DNA from: Carcharhinus amblyrhynchos
Lineage: Eukaryota
Direction of reading: 5' to 3'
Assembly: GCA_965287045.1 (NCBI GenBank)
Contig: OZ336874.1
Coordinates: 46,314,001-46,378,000, forward strand
Length of the DNA stretch: 64,000 bases
The position numbers were made by a program, and so were the translations under genes. Below, in pieces: positions 49,996-62,607 of this stretch. Below the pieces are notes generated by a model. It was not told the DNA's origin. It made no database searches and saw only the letters and a list, made by a program, of their open reading frames with translations. Every line of letters begins with the position of its first letter. Positions within the stretch are counted from its first letter, which is position 1.

Positions 49996-51589
49996 TTGCG
50001 CTTTATCAGCAACAATAAAATATTTCATATAATTTTCTCTTTTTCCAAAACTTACTTTGACCATTTCCTTCCTTTCTGTCCTGAAGGCAGTAATTCTGAG
50101 AAAGAGGAACAGGTTTGTGGCCAGCTTTCTGTTTGGATGTATTCCTGGACATTTGAGCGTGTAATATGTTACTGCAATAAATGTGTTCACGTTTATGGTT
50201 GCAGCTATGTTTTAGTGCATAAAATTATTTTTAAAGAATAAAACAGCATTCTTGTTGCCCACTTTTGTATGTAGGTCATGGGCATATTTTTGTTTTGAAA
50301 TTTTCTAACCATCTTCTCCATTACAAAGACTTGTAATACTTTTAAAGAATTTTTAAAATAACTTAATTTGAAAAATCAGTCCAAATTATTTTCCTAAATT
50401 TACAGTGATACCTCGCTTCCATGTGCTGATTCATATTTGCATGCATTAGTGATTACCATAAAAACACCAAATGTGTCATGCTGGCTCCATTTTGTTTCAA
50501 ATTAAGCAACTTTAAGCTTAATTCAAGCTGAGTCTTCCGGTAATTATTAAGTGCTTTAAGTAGAAAAGAAGTATTTCAGTTCAGTGGTCTGGCATGTCTA
50601 TTGTATTGTATTTTTAAGAAATACAAAATTGATTCTTTTGTTTAAACGTGTTGTTAACGGCTAATCATATTTTGTGAATTGCATCTCACCCCTTGCCCCA
50701 TTTTGGACACACGCTCATGTCGCCAATGTCATTTTCGCAGAGTGTGCTGCTCCGTGTAACTATTTGAATTGTGTTCTATCATCAGTCCTGCATGCAAAGT
50801 CTGCGAACTTCATTTTCCTATTTTTCCTGGATTGCCTTCAACAGCTCCTGGGAGATTAATGGTACTTTCAGTGACACTCCTGAGCTATCCAAAAGGATTG
50901 ATAACCCCAGCCATCTAAGTGGTAGAGTCCATTCACCAGGAGTCCAAAGTACACTAAACAAAAGGCTTGCTCAATTCGCTTTTGAGGAAAATATACAAAA
51001 GTTCCAGCTTCAAAACAGCCTAATATTTAGATTCGTTGTGTGAAAGTGACTTTGATCTTCAGTGTGTCACGCAGATGGGCCACCATAATTCTGGAAAACA
51101 GCCCATGTTCCTATTACAGGTAATTGCCGCTGACTCTTTCAAATTAGCATAGCACAAAAATTATAACCTAATGACTTGCAAACCTCTGGACATCTCAGCA
51201 CTGGATATGAATCCTGCCAGATGCTGGGCTTCCATTGTTAGACCTAGAACAGAAAATGAAAGCCATTGCTACATGCTGCCTGGGAATTTGCAGTTTTTAT
51301 TTTAAAAAAAGTTATATGGCAATCTTTCCAGCTGCAAATTGTATATGGTTGCTGGGACGTAGCAAACATCTGTTAAGAGCAACATTGCTCTCAGAGCAGT
51401 TTATATGTGATGCTGATTGTATGTATCTGAATTATTGAAGAATTCCCAGGTATTTAATAGTTGCTTCAAGGCAAGCTGATCTAGGATCTGCATTTTCTTG
51501 AACCAGCAGTTCAAGAAAATGGTTATTGTAGGTTTTGCTGTGAAAGCCAGCAATCCCAATTATCATATTATCTAGTGGGACATGTGCAA

Positions 51590-52265
51590 GAATTAAACCT
51601 GCAGAAGGACCAGCAGGTATATGAGATCACATCATAGAAGGTTGCAGGGCAGGTTGAGAAAACAGGTATTAAAACATACAAAATCCAGGGCTTTAGAAAT
51701 AGGGACACAGAGTAAAAAGCAAGCGATTTATGATGAGCCTGTGTGAAAGCTTGCTTTGGACAACTGGAGTATTATGCAGTTTTGAGCACCACACTTTAGG
51801 AAAATTGTGCAGGGTTAGGAAAAGATGTAGAAAAGATTCAAAAGAATGGTTCCAGGGATGAGAAACTTCAGTTAGTTGGATAAATTGGAGAAACTAAAAC
51901 TGCTCTCCTTGGAGAAGAGAAGATTGAGAAGGTTAGATATAGGTATTCAAAATCATGTGGTCTGGACAGAAAGATGGGGAGAAATTTTTCCCAGTGGTGG
52001 AAGAATTGAAAGCCAGAGGACAGCACTTGAAGGTGATTGGCAAAAGCAACACAGGCAAAGATTTTTTTTACTCTGGGATGTGGAATGCATTGCCTGAAAG
52101 TTGAGTGAAGGCAGATCAATAAAGGCCTCAAAAAGAGAATGGGATGATTATCAGAAGAAAAAAAATCACAAGGTTACAGGGAAATGGCGGGAGGAGTGAG
52201 TTGCTTAGAGCTGGCAGACACTTGATGGTCGAATGGCTGGGCTGTAATCATTTAATGTGACTGTG
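51590..52265 (+). mobile_element. Old CR1 3' region
   Basis: CAACTGGAGTATT..GCAGTTTTGAGCACCACACTTTAGGAA; ORF 51876 LEKLKLLSLEKRRLR. Confidence 0.8.
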
Positions 52266-52734
52266 ATTTCAAAAGTATTGTGTCGTTGGAACATTGCACT
52301 GGTTACCTTGGGGAAATCTACTTTTGAGAGCATTCCAAGTGTGCGAAAGGTATGCTATGTTCCTGCTCATAGTTTTTAAAATTATGATTATCCATGCATT
52401 TAAGAACTTGTATGAAGCATTCAAGAAAGAAAAGTAGCATAATACCATGTCCATCTGAAGGCAGTATGATAACTAGTTAACTCCCTTTGATGGGCAACTT
52501 TCATACACACATAAACAGAAAAAGAAATAAATGGGCCATCAAGTCAGCTCCAATGAGGCTACCACCAATACTGGTCACTAATTCTCCTTTTGTCTGGGAA
52601 AGGAAAAGTTAAAACTGTGGCTAATTCAAGAATTTCCTTAGGCAACACAGAAGCTCTTGATTATGGCATATCATGAACACTATAGTTAGTATCTATAAAC
52701 ACAACAACACCCCCTCCCCATATTACCAACAACT

Positions 52735-52848
52735 TAGTAACTAACTGGTAACATAACCCCCTGTAACCATCTCTATGGTAACTAACTGGTAAATTAGTTC
52801 CCCCTTAGCCATCTCTATGGTAACTAACTGGTAACATAACCCCCACCA
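52735..52848. repeat. Minisatellite, about 2.6 copies of a ~41-42-bp unit
   Basis: GTAACTAACTGGTAA at 52737, 52778 and 52820; CCATCTCTATGG occurs twice. Confidence 0.85.
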
Positions 52849-53794
52849 TAATCACCTCTATCAGGAACTTGCTAAGTTTCTTTTTAACAAGACCAACTAT
52901 TCTATGCTCTGCATGGGTTTTGACAGTTATTGCATCAATTGATGTGAAAATGAGTATTTTCTGAAGCTTAAAGAAGTTCCTCGCCTATTGATTTTATACC
53001 CATGACTCTTTGGCCTAACACCTCTATCTCGTTCAAATAACCTCTAACAGGTCTGCGCATTTATTTCCTTGTCACCTTTACATCAACAATATTATTGGAG
53101 ATGGTCATAACTAAAAAGATTTAAGATCTTGTGTCATTCAAGCTTCCTTCTGCTGAATCTTTCTGACCCTAGCTATTCCTTCACCATGCATAGAGTTCAT
53201 AACTAGTCTCAATGTTCCCTTGCTGATCGAAATCAGGCCCAATGTTGCCATGTGTGAAAGTGCCAGTGCTTTATGGAGTTTTAATACAGTGCTCTCTTTT
53301 AGATTTGTTGGTCCTGACTTAGCTTCCAGCCGTTTGCAGTGCCTGTTCATCTTCTTTGGGATCTGCAATTCTCCTGAGTTTGTTTCTGGCTCCTGTTATC
53401 TTTTGCCCAAATTTTATGCTTAAAAGTGTGCCAAGAGTTTCCCAATGCAACATTAGATAATACAATTGAGAACCATGAATTTAAGTTTCCTAATGACATG
53501 AAAATGAATGGCACAGTATGTAGTGTAGAAGGGAGCATAAAATTTCAGAGACATTGATAGTTAAATAACTGTGGTAGGAGGATTTGCAAGGTCAATTATT
53601 TTGGAACAAAAAATGAAAGATCAGTTAAAAATTTTTAAAAAGAAATAGTGGAGGTCCAAAAATGTTTAGCAGTTCATGTAAATAGATCGATAAAATGTAG
53701 TGATCAAGTACGTTAAAAAACAGGTTAATGGAATGTTAAATTTTATATGTTCTATCTAGAAAGCTAGGGAGGTGGTGTCTCTTCTGGCCCTGGA

Positions 53795-54042
53795 AGCTGG
53801 TGTAATTTGAATTTGATGCACGTCTAATGACCATGAAACCGTTGTCAGGTTTTGTAAAAAAAAACCTTCAGGTTCAACAGTGCCCTTCAGGGAAGGAAAT
53901 CTGCCAACTTTACCTGGTCTGGCCTACATGTGACTCCCAATCCACCGTTATGTGCTTGACTCTTAACTCTGAACTGAGTGAGGGCAGTTAATTGGGAATG
54001 CTGGCTTTGCTAGCGGCACCCACATTCCATGAAAGAATAAAC
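53795..54042 (+). mobile_element. SINE 'family B' inserted in an old CR1 (~53520-54290)
   Basis: CTAATGACCATGAAACC..CAGGGAAGGAAATCTGCC..CCTGGTCTGGCCTACATGTGACTCC..CCCACATTCCATGAAAGAATAAA. Flanks read as a CR1 remnant (..NGMLNFI..|..LEY..LLQLY). Confidence 0.75.
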
Positions 54043-54849
54043 AGCTAGAATACGAAATGGAGAAGGTTTGCTTCAGCTGTATGAAGTCCTGCTTAGAAGA
54101 CATCTGAATTACTGTCTACATTCTGAACACACACCTTTGGGTATTGGTCTTGGAGACCTGCAGTCTAGGTTTTAGCAGTACAGTAGCTGGGCCTCAAGCA
54201 TTGAATTTTGAGGTGAGATTACGTAAAGCTGCTTCCTAGATGAATAAAGTTAGGGGATGATTCAACTGAGATTCTTTCGGTCTTTGTAAGGAATGCTTCA
54301 ATAATGTTAGCAGAGTTGACACCATAAACATTAAACCCACCAACAAGAGAAAATTCATTAATAGCTGTTTAGGCCTAATTCTAATTCTAATATGTAGTAT
54401 TTTGTTAAATGCGCTTGGAAATTGACAAGACTATATAGTTGGACTAGAGTGCTTCTAGAGTGCAAACATTGCTTTGTTAATTAGAAGGGTATTGGGAATT
54501 TGCAATGGGATCGATCCTTACTTGAAGCATAAGGTAGTAATCACAAACTAAACTGATTTACCAACATATTGGACTTGTTTGTAGCATTGGGTACGTTATT
54601 TTTCTCACTCAGTCAACCCTTGCGCTGCCATTAGAACATTTCCTATTGCGAATAATTTAAATGTTTTAGCTCTTGGTAACAGCAATGTTAAAAGCCTGTC
54701 TTGGTCTAAACATTAGCATTTGATTCGTGTCAACTACATAGGAACATGCAGGTCATTCAGACCCTTAAGCCTGTTTAGTCCCTTTAATCTGTTTCACCAT
54801 TCAATGAAATCACCTATGGTCTTTACCCTAACTGCATCCATTTGGGTAA

Positions 54850-55380
54850 AGAACATAAGTACTATGAGCAGGAGTAGGCCATCTGGCCCCTCAAGCTTGA
54901 TCCGCCATTCAGTAAGATTATGGCTGATTTTTTTTTCATGGACTCAGCTCCACTTACACGCCTGCTCTTTTATTGTTCAAATATTTATCTATCCTTGTCT
55001 TGAAAACATTCAATGAGGCCGCCTCAACTGCTTCACTGGGCAGGAAATTCCACAGATTCACAACCCTTTGTGTGAAGAAGTTCCTCCTCAACTCAGTCCT
55101 AAATCTGCTTCCCCTTATTTTGAGGCCATGCCCCCTAGTTCTAGTTTCACCTGCCAATGGAAACAACTTCCTTGCTTCTATCTTACTATTCCCTTCATAA
55201 TCTTTTATGTTTCTATAAGATCTCCCTTCGTTCTTCTGAATTTCAGTGAGTATAGTCCCAGTGTACTCGGTCTCTCCTCATAAGCCAACCCTCTCAACTC
55301 CAGAAATAACCTAGTGAATCCCCTCTGTGCAATCCCCCCACCCCCACCCCAAATGCCAGGAGACCAAAACTGTACACAGT
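54850..55380 (-). mobile_element. CR1 3' fragment
   Basis: ORF 54954..55166 TRTRGHGLKIRGSRFRTELRRNFFTQRVVNLWN; GAACATAAG tail. Confidence 0.9.
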
Positions 55381-55663
55381 AAAGGGTATCTAGATGTTGG
55401 GAACTATGAACTAAGTACCTGACAATAATTGTTCAGTCTTGGTTCAGGCTCTGCTTGGGTTAACACTGATGGCCTTGCATTGGCATCTTTGCTTTGACCC
55501 TAAAATCAAAAATCTTTGTGTGAATATACTGGTGCAGAACCCAAAAGGGCTCAAGGATTGTAGAGCATTTGTTTGGAATGAACGGGGGACTGACAGAGCT
55601 CTGCAGGAATACAATCCAACTTCATAGTTAGACTGCGTCAAACCACAGTTTAGAAGTGCAGCC

Positions 55664-55955
55664 TATAAGAACATAATAAATAGGAGCAGGAGTAGGCCAT
55701 CTAGCCCTTTGAGCCTGCCCCGCCATTCAATAAGATCATGGCTGATCTGTCGAGGCTCAGTTCCACATTCCCGCCCTCTCCCCATAATCCTTAATCCCCT
55801 CTCTTATCAAAAACCCATCAACCTGTGTCTTAAAAATATTTAGCGAGGTAGCCTCCACCGCTTCAACGGGCAGAGAATTCTAGAGATTCACCACCCTTTG
55901 AGTGAAGAAGTTCTTCCTCAACTCCGTTCTGAACCCCTCCCCCCCTTTTATCTTG
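55664..55955 (-). mobile_element. Young CR1 (subfamily Y) 3' UTR fragment
   Basis: Near-identical to 25380-25660 (GGAGCAGGAGTAGGCCATC..CTCAGTTCCAC..TTATCAAAAACCCATCAACC). Confidence 0.92.
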
Positions 55956-56055
55956 CCTTGGCGAACATGAAGGCCAAAGCCATGCCCCATTTTATGCTTG
56001 AAATCAACTTGAATCCAAAGAAGAAGTAATACCAATCAGAGATTTAGTTGCAAAA

Positions 56056-56751
56056 GTTACTAGTTATAGTAACTAATGCAGTTAATGGAAGAAAACACTG
56101 AGAATTGTGGTAGTTACCGGGGGTGGGTGGGGGGTGCTCTACCCAACATTGGCTACATTTAGGAGGTGGCGTGGTTGTAACAAATCTTCCACTATTCGTG
56201 GGTTTAAATGTTAATGCACTTGTATCTCATTCTCTATTCCACTAATGTTATTGAAGCAAAAGTGTATTTGTTAATTGTTTATTTGAAGTCCAAAAATATT
56301 TGCTTGCACATTCAGTGATCAGGCCAAATATGAAGGAGCTAATTTGTACTGAAGGGCTCTATAGATTTATTATAACTATTTAATACGAAGAATTCTGCTT
56401 CACATTAACTTTGATTAACTTGAAAATTCTTCCTGTAATTTTTTAAAAAAATTGCTACATGAAACTTGCATAAATTGTAATAAATATAAAGTACCTTCAA
56501 CATTTTTGAATGTTCTGAGAATTCTAAATGTACAAAAGGGGAATTTGGTTTTAGAAGTGCTAACAAAGATCACTAAGGGGTAAGCCAATGAATGCTTCAG
56601 ATGCACAGTGCTTTATGTCAGATTTGTTACAACCACGCCACCTCCTAAATGTAGCCAATGTTGGGTAGAGCACCCCCCACCCACCCCCGGTAATTACCAC
56701 AATTCTCAGTGTTTTCTTCCATTAACTGCATTAGTTACTATAACTAGTAAC
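56056..56751. repeat. 132-bp near-perfect inverted repeat around a 432-bp spacer
   Basis: 56056-56187 is the reverse complement of 56620-56751; I found one mismatch by eye (GGTAGTTACC vs GGTAATTACC). Confidence 0.95.
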
Positions 56752-57989
56752 ATAAAGAAGTTTAATTGTAATTGAAGATTGTAAGAAGTCATAGTGGCCA
56801 GGGATTTTGGCACACGTTTCAAGCTGTGGCCGGTCTGATCATGTACAGTACTATGTATCTTGAAATAGCACAATTGAAAATGAAGGCTGTGAGTTTCTAT
56901 TTCACTTTCAATGTTTTATTTTTGGAGGAGTTGGTGGGGCACAAGTTCTTCCAAATGATTGCACAATATCACTGGTACCAAAGAGCAGGCAGTGGAGTAG
57001 TTTATTTCTCACTAAAGAATAACTTTAGTGCTAATGCCTAAATTTAGATACCCACATTAGAATGTACACACCGACCATCCTTTCTATTTCCAAGGCAGTT
57101 GCTTAGGAGGCTGTAGTATTCTGGCATCTTCTGGCCCTTTACTGCAGCCTGTTTCACAATGTTACAGCATTGTTGGTGGCTGTAAAGCTATGTCACAGAA
57201 TCTTTCCAGGCTGATGCAAGGAAAATAAGCCTCTCAAGTTGGTTTGCAATGCATCACTGCGCTAGTAACAAATTGCTGTTCGTTTTGTTTTCCACGAACC
57301 AGCAAAAATCGAGCTTATGCAGTTAGCTTTCAGAATGTCTTAATTTCCCTGGAATCAATGAAGTAACGGTTTTATACGAGGACCGAGTGAAAAGATGTGA
57401 ACCGAAAGAGATTTAAATCGCTCGCTGGACAGCTGGTGTGTGATGCCAGCCACATTATTCTTCTTGTTAAGTGCACGCTAACTGGGGAAGCTGTCACAAT
57501 GCTTTTGTACTTCATTGACCTGGAGATTATTCAGCTGGAAGTTTGTTTGGTGACCAGGGAAACGGTCTATGATCATGGCTGATGACTCCACTTTGTGTTA
57601 TATAAAATCAGGCACAATGAAATATTTGGTGCAATAAAAATGCTCATTAAATGAACCATTGGGATACTGAAGCTTCAAGCGCCTGGATGTGACCATGGGA
57701 AGTGCTGTGGTACAGCCTTAAAAGGCTTCGACATCTAGGAAGACATCCTACCCTTTCAGAAGTGTTCCGTCCTTGTATGTAAAGGGCCTCGGGTTCAGCA
57801 ACAGGAAAATGTTCCAAATGAATAAGTGATGGCACTGCTTTCCATTGCCATTACTTTCCACGATGCTTTTTCTGGCACTTTGTTGGGCTTGAATTCTCCA
57901 CCCACAATGCTTCTATCTCATATTTCTTCTGGAAGAATCTTTGCAGATATAGTATATCTCTGGAAATATTACAAATATTCTTGGGCCTT

Positions 57990-58240
57990 TCTGACTGCAA
58001 CCTTCAACACCTAGAAGGACAAGGACAATAAATGCATCGGAACAACACTACCTACAAATATCCCTCCAAGCTACACACCATCTTGACTTAGTACTACCAC
58101 TGGGTCCAAATCCTAAAACTCTTTTCCTAACAGCACCATGGATGTTCCTACATCGCATGGAATGCAGCAGGTCAAGGAGGCGATTCACCATCACTTTTTT
58201 AAAGGCAATTGGCAACACCCACATCCCGTGAAAAAACAAA
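57990..58240 (+). mobile_element. 3' fragment of the LINE family seen at 16245-18050
   Basis: CTAGAAGGACAAGG..AACA..CTCCAAG..ACACC..TGACT..CACTGGGTCCAAATCCT..CACCATCAC..AAGGCAATT, collinear with 17790-18040. Confidence 0.65.
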
Positions 58241-60564
58241 ATACTTCACTACCTACTACCTACAACCTCACCACACGTATGACATATTGCCCAAGGTTTC
58301 TAAGCATAGTATTTCTAAAGACTAGTGATTTTGGAATGGATGCAGTTGTAGACCTTTTTATGTCTAATCATATTGAAACATAAATGAACCTGTCTCATTA
58401 TAATTTTGGCACATTGTAAAAGAATGGCCTTTGGCATTGATTATCTGTCAGATAGCAAGAAGTAGATTACCACAGTAAAGGTTACTCCATGCAAACACTG
58501 AGACACTTGTGGGAAATAGTGGAACAGTTTCCAGAATTCTTTCATGCAAGAACAAAAAATTGTCATTGAACTAGAAAGGAATTTTCCACTGAAATCGGAA
58601 GATGGCTGAAGGGTAGTTACTAGAAGGTTAAAGTGAAAGTCTAATGACTCTGCATTAAAACTTAAATTGATTTTCAGTCTTAACTTTGTAGGAAAAAAAT
58701 GAAGTTGCAAAGATTCAAAGGTGTTAATAGTCGTTGTGTGCCCTTGAATCTAACAGGGGAAAAAGAGGCTTTGACAGGCTAAAAATAGAATTAGGCAGTG
58801 GAATCTATGTTTAAACTACTTTTGTGCTGTTAGTAAATATGCTGAAATCTCACTTTTTAAGCATCACTTAAAATTTGTGCTGATTTTTTTCCCTATTAAG
58901 ATTATCCATCTGACTCTTTACAGTATAATCATATATGACAAAACAAAATCTGAGGTATTGTCTCAGAATTTAAAATGTAACCAGACAATACTTCAACATT
59001 ATTTGGTTGCTACTTTTGAGAAATGATTTTATAATGGTGCACCATATATTACGTATTCCTCCTCTCTTTACCTTGTGGCCTCTTCATCAATGATGTGTCG
59101 CACAGGCAGCAAATTATGGGAATAACTTGTTATTGCATTGTCCTCCTGGGGGATCTTTGTGCAAGTATTGGTCAACTCTGAAAAGCCTGAGCCAGCTGAC
59201 CAAAGGGAAATGGAATTTTTTTTTTCTTCTTAGTCAACCTAGGAAATTGACAAAGAAAAGAAGAATAAAGAAATCCAAACATTAATCTCTGCCTTCAGGG
59301 AAGGGGTGCAGAAAAATATTGAATTTTGATGAGCACTCCCTTCCTGTGCCTGAAAAGGAAAATGCATCTCCCAGCCTCTCCCTGTGCAGTTTTAGGTTTT
59401 TTCCATCAGGAAATTACATTGTGCTTCTATAAATGAGGAGAAAATTTCTTCTCAAAAATACTGCCTGATTTGGAAAATCATCCTTTTCTTTGCTGTGGGC
59501 CAAGTCCAACTCCATTGATTTTGATAAAGATGATGGTGGTTCATTCTTAAATGAGTTCTACGTGTAGATGAATTTTGGTCTGTATTCAATGGAAATATTG
59601 GGATAAATCTCTTGACTGTTTGTTACTTCCCAGTGGTGTTCTCCAGCCACAAAAGGACCATATTTCATTATTAGTTTATCCCATGAATATTCTTTCCTTT
59701 GATTTATTTAATGTTTACTTGATATTTAAGTACCAGTTTGGTATTCATGGAGGAATGGAAATGCATACGAGAAAACAATGGGATGAAGTGTCTCTAATTA
59801 ATACTTTGCAAAGCTGAAAATAAACTTGAAACGTCAGACTACTTAAAATGTCAGACAGAAGGTCTGTGAGGGTGTTTTAAGGATAGTCAGCTATTGTCAG
59901 AGAACTTCAATAGCAGCCCATTCTATTTTAAAGGACAGGTGTGGCTTTTATGTCTGTGTATGACTCAACCATTGTTGGGAGTGCTTTTTAAAAAAATTAT
60001 TATGGAAAGCTGTTTCCAGAGCACTTGGGGCCAGGAGGAAAGGAATATTTATTTCATTCCTCCAGATGCAAAGTAGTTAAAGCAGCAGAATTGTGTAATT
60101 TATTCTTCCTGATAATGTACCATTTGAGTTGTTTATTGTCTCTAAATGAGATGTGCATATTTACATCTGTCCATTTGACATGAGTATTGCCCTTGCCTTC
60201 AGGAATGGTCTATACAGCTCTTGTAGCATTGAACAAACAACTGTTTATCTTTAGTGTATATGTACGTATATTTACATGTTCAAATAATTTTTGTTAAACT
60301 CCTAGTCACCCCCTATCTTTTTTTTAAAAAAACATTGTTACATTTTTCATTTACTGGCTGATGAGAGTAATTTTAATGTGGGGAAAATGAACTTGGCAAT
60401 AATGGCCACATGCTCTAGATAAAGACTGGACCTTCTTTCAACATAGGCTTGGTGGGCCGCAGGGCCTGCTCCTGTGCTGTATGGTTCTTTATTCTCTGCC
60501 ACTCCTATTCCAGGAAATACTTGAGATTCTAATATAATTCTGGATTAATCTGAATTCTTTTCAG

Positions 60565-60672
60565 GTCATGAGCCTGGTGTCTGGATTTGGGCCTTTAATT
60601 ACTGCAGGAATCTTTTCAGCTACACTTTCTTCTGCCCTGGCCTCATTAGTGAGTGCTCCCAAGATATTCCAG
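60565..60672 (+). CDS. slc12a2: NKCC1 coding exon (exon 11 equivalent, 108 bp, TM8)
   Basis: cag|GTCATG...TTCCAG|gtaagt; [36 protein letters not shown]. Confidence 0.97.
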
Positions 60673-61334
60673 GTAAGTACACAACTCCAAATGTGTACTG
60701 AAAATGTGTGCACAGGCATATGCATGGACTTGGTTGTCCCTGAGAAATGTAAATTTAATTTGTGATTGTGATCTACAGCTATTTATCAGTCCATTGATTC
60801 AAATTGTAGTTTATGAATGCTCTTCTTAAAAGATTATATCATAAACCTTAGGAATAATCCTCCTGAAATCAAAGTTAAAATTTCCTTGAAGATTTTTTGC
60901 AGTGTGAAACCAAGGAAACTATTGCTTGTAGTTTTAAGATGGTGATTATTTTTCTAGAGGCGTTTATTTGAGTAATCCAACTTTAGTGCACAAAAGCATG
61001 TTGTAACAGCAATAAGGCAGAATACTCAGATATGGCTAATATCACACACCACTGTTATACTGGCTACAAATGTGGGGGAGAAAACATAGTTTCAGCTACA
61101 GTTGCTCTGGAACCCAGCAGTAGATGTGCAATTAGTGTGGTTGAAAAAAGAGTCTCAAATAAAGGAGCAATCTAGTGCAGATTAACAAGGAAGATAATTA
61201 ACAACAAACAGTAATTTACGCAAGAAAGATTGTGTTTGACAAATCTGATCGTGTTCTTTCAGGTGACAGATATATGTGGGAAATAGCATGTGTGCTGCAT
61301 ACTTTGCCAAATTAAAGATGCATGGACTCAAAAT

Positions 61335-61550
61335 GTGTTTCCTCTGGGTGCTCTGGTCTCCTCCCACAGTCCAAAGATGTGCAGTTTAGGTTAATTGGCT
61401 GTGCTAAATTGCCCCTTAATGGCCCAAGATGTGTAGATAAGGGGGATTAGCAGGGTATGTGTGGGGTTATGGGGATAGGGCCTGCTCTGTCAGCATTGGT
61501 GCAGACTTGATGGGCCAAATGGCCACCTCCTGCACTTGTAGGGATTCTGT
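61335..61550 (+). mobile_element. V-SINE, 5'-truncated
   Basis: GTTTCCTCTGGGTGCTCTGGTCTCCTCCCACAGTCCAAAGATGTGCAG..GCTAAATTGCCCCTT..GGGCCAAATGGCCACCTCCTGCAC. Confidence 0.85.
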
Positions 61551-61844
61551 TCTTCCATGAAAATTGATCAAAGTATTGGATTTGAAACACGGATAGATGG
61601 CATTAGCATAAAATTAGAACAAAAACATTACATAGAATTAACCAACCTAAGGTAATAAAAAGCAATAATGTAATTGAAGTTTGCATCATTTATAAATTAA
61701 AGGAGCTTTGGTTCGGTAGTTTGATATCTTTGTGACCTTCCGTTGACACTGTTAAGTAATTGTCTTCGCACAGCTGTTACCCTACAACATGCACAGGTGA
61801 AGTAGCCTCTGCTTTCTTTTCAAAATAATTCTCCATGAAACCTT

Positions 61845-62000
61845 TGGAGTAAAATTTCCAATCTCACCTGGCATGGGAATTGTTGTGAGCAGAATGGACA
61901 ATTTGACAACCACTTAAAAGCCTGATGACCTCGTTGGGGAGTGGATGGAGGGTGGAGGTTTTTAGTCTAAGGATGAGTGTGACCAAAAAATCTCACCCCT
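61845..62000. mobile_element. MITE-like element, same family as 11452-11580
   Basis: AAATTTCCAATCTCACCTGGCATGGGAATTG (compare ATCCCACTTGCCATGGGAATTG at 11468); ends AAAAAATCTCACCCC. Confidence 0.5.
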
Positions 62001-62607
62001 TGTCTTTGACGCACCTATTTTACTCCTAGTTGTAATATTTTATATTCATCTTATTCATTATATACTTCACTGTGCATGCAATGGAAGATACTGATCAACC
62101 ATTTTCATAGCTATTTAATCTTGACTGCAATATCTTTATCTTGGACTCTGATTTTCTCTGTGACCGTAATTGGTTTGTGGTGACTATTTCTCAAGGGTTT
62201 TATTTTCAAAATGCTCATTTGCCCTGTTACCCAGAGCCAGATATAACACTGTCCTTTGTTTTTACCCATCATTCGGTTTAATTTCAGAAACAGTTCTCTG
62301 AAGCAAAGCTACTTTTGACCAAAAGCCATTCTGTCTTAGTCTAGTCCCACATTAAAATACATTTCCGTATTTGTGTTTGCAGCATTTTTGAAAGTTGTGA
62401 GGTTTAAGACACTCGGGTAGACAGCATTGAGGTGCTGCCTTGTGGATGAAGTGACGGAAGTCAAATTCAGATGCCGATCCCCTTGGGAAGCGTGTGCATG
62501 TGCTTTAAGAAAATATACATTTTGTGAACTTCTTGGTGTGTTTAGTTCTATTTTAAGCAGCGTATTTTGAACACGTGAACTATAGTAATAAATATTCTTT
62601 CTTTCAG

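Noticed and set aside
52735-52848. CRISPR-like repeat-spacer array
   Set aside because: Only about 3 units, the intervening sequences are themselves similar, there are no cas genes and the context is vertebrate.
28191-60564. Nested gene, duplicated exon or snoRNA in the large intron
   Set aside because: I found no convincing splice-bounded coding segment or paired C/D boxes with a terminal stem by eye. This cannot be excluded without a covariance-model search.
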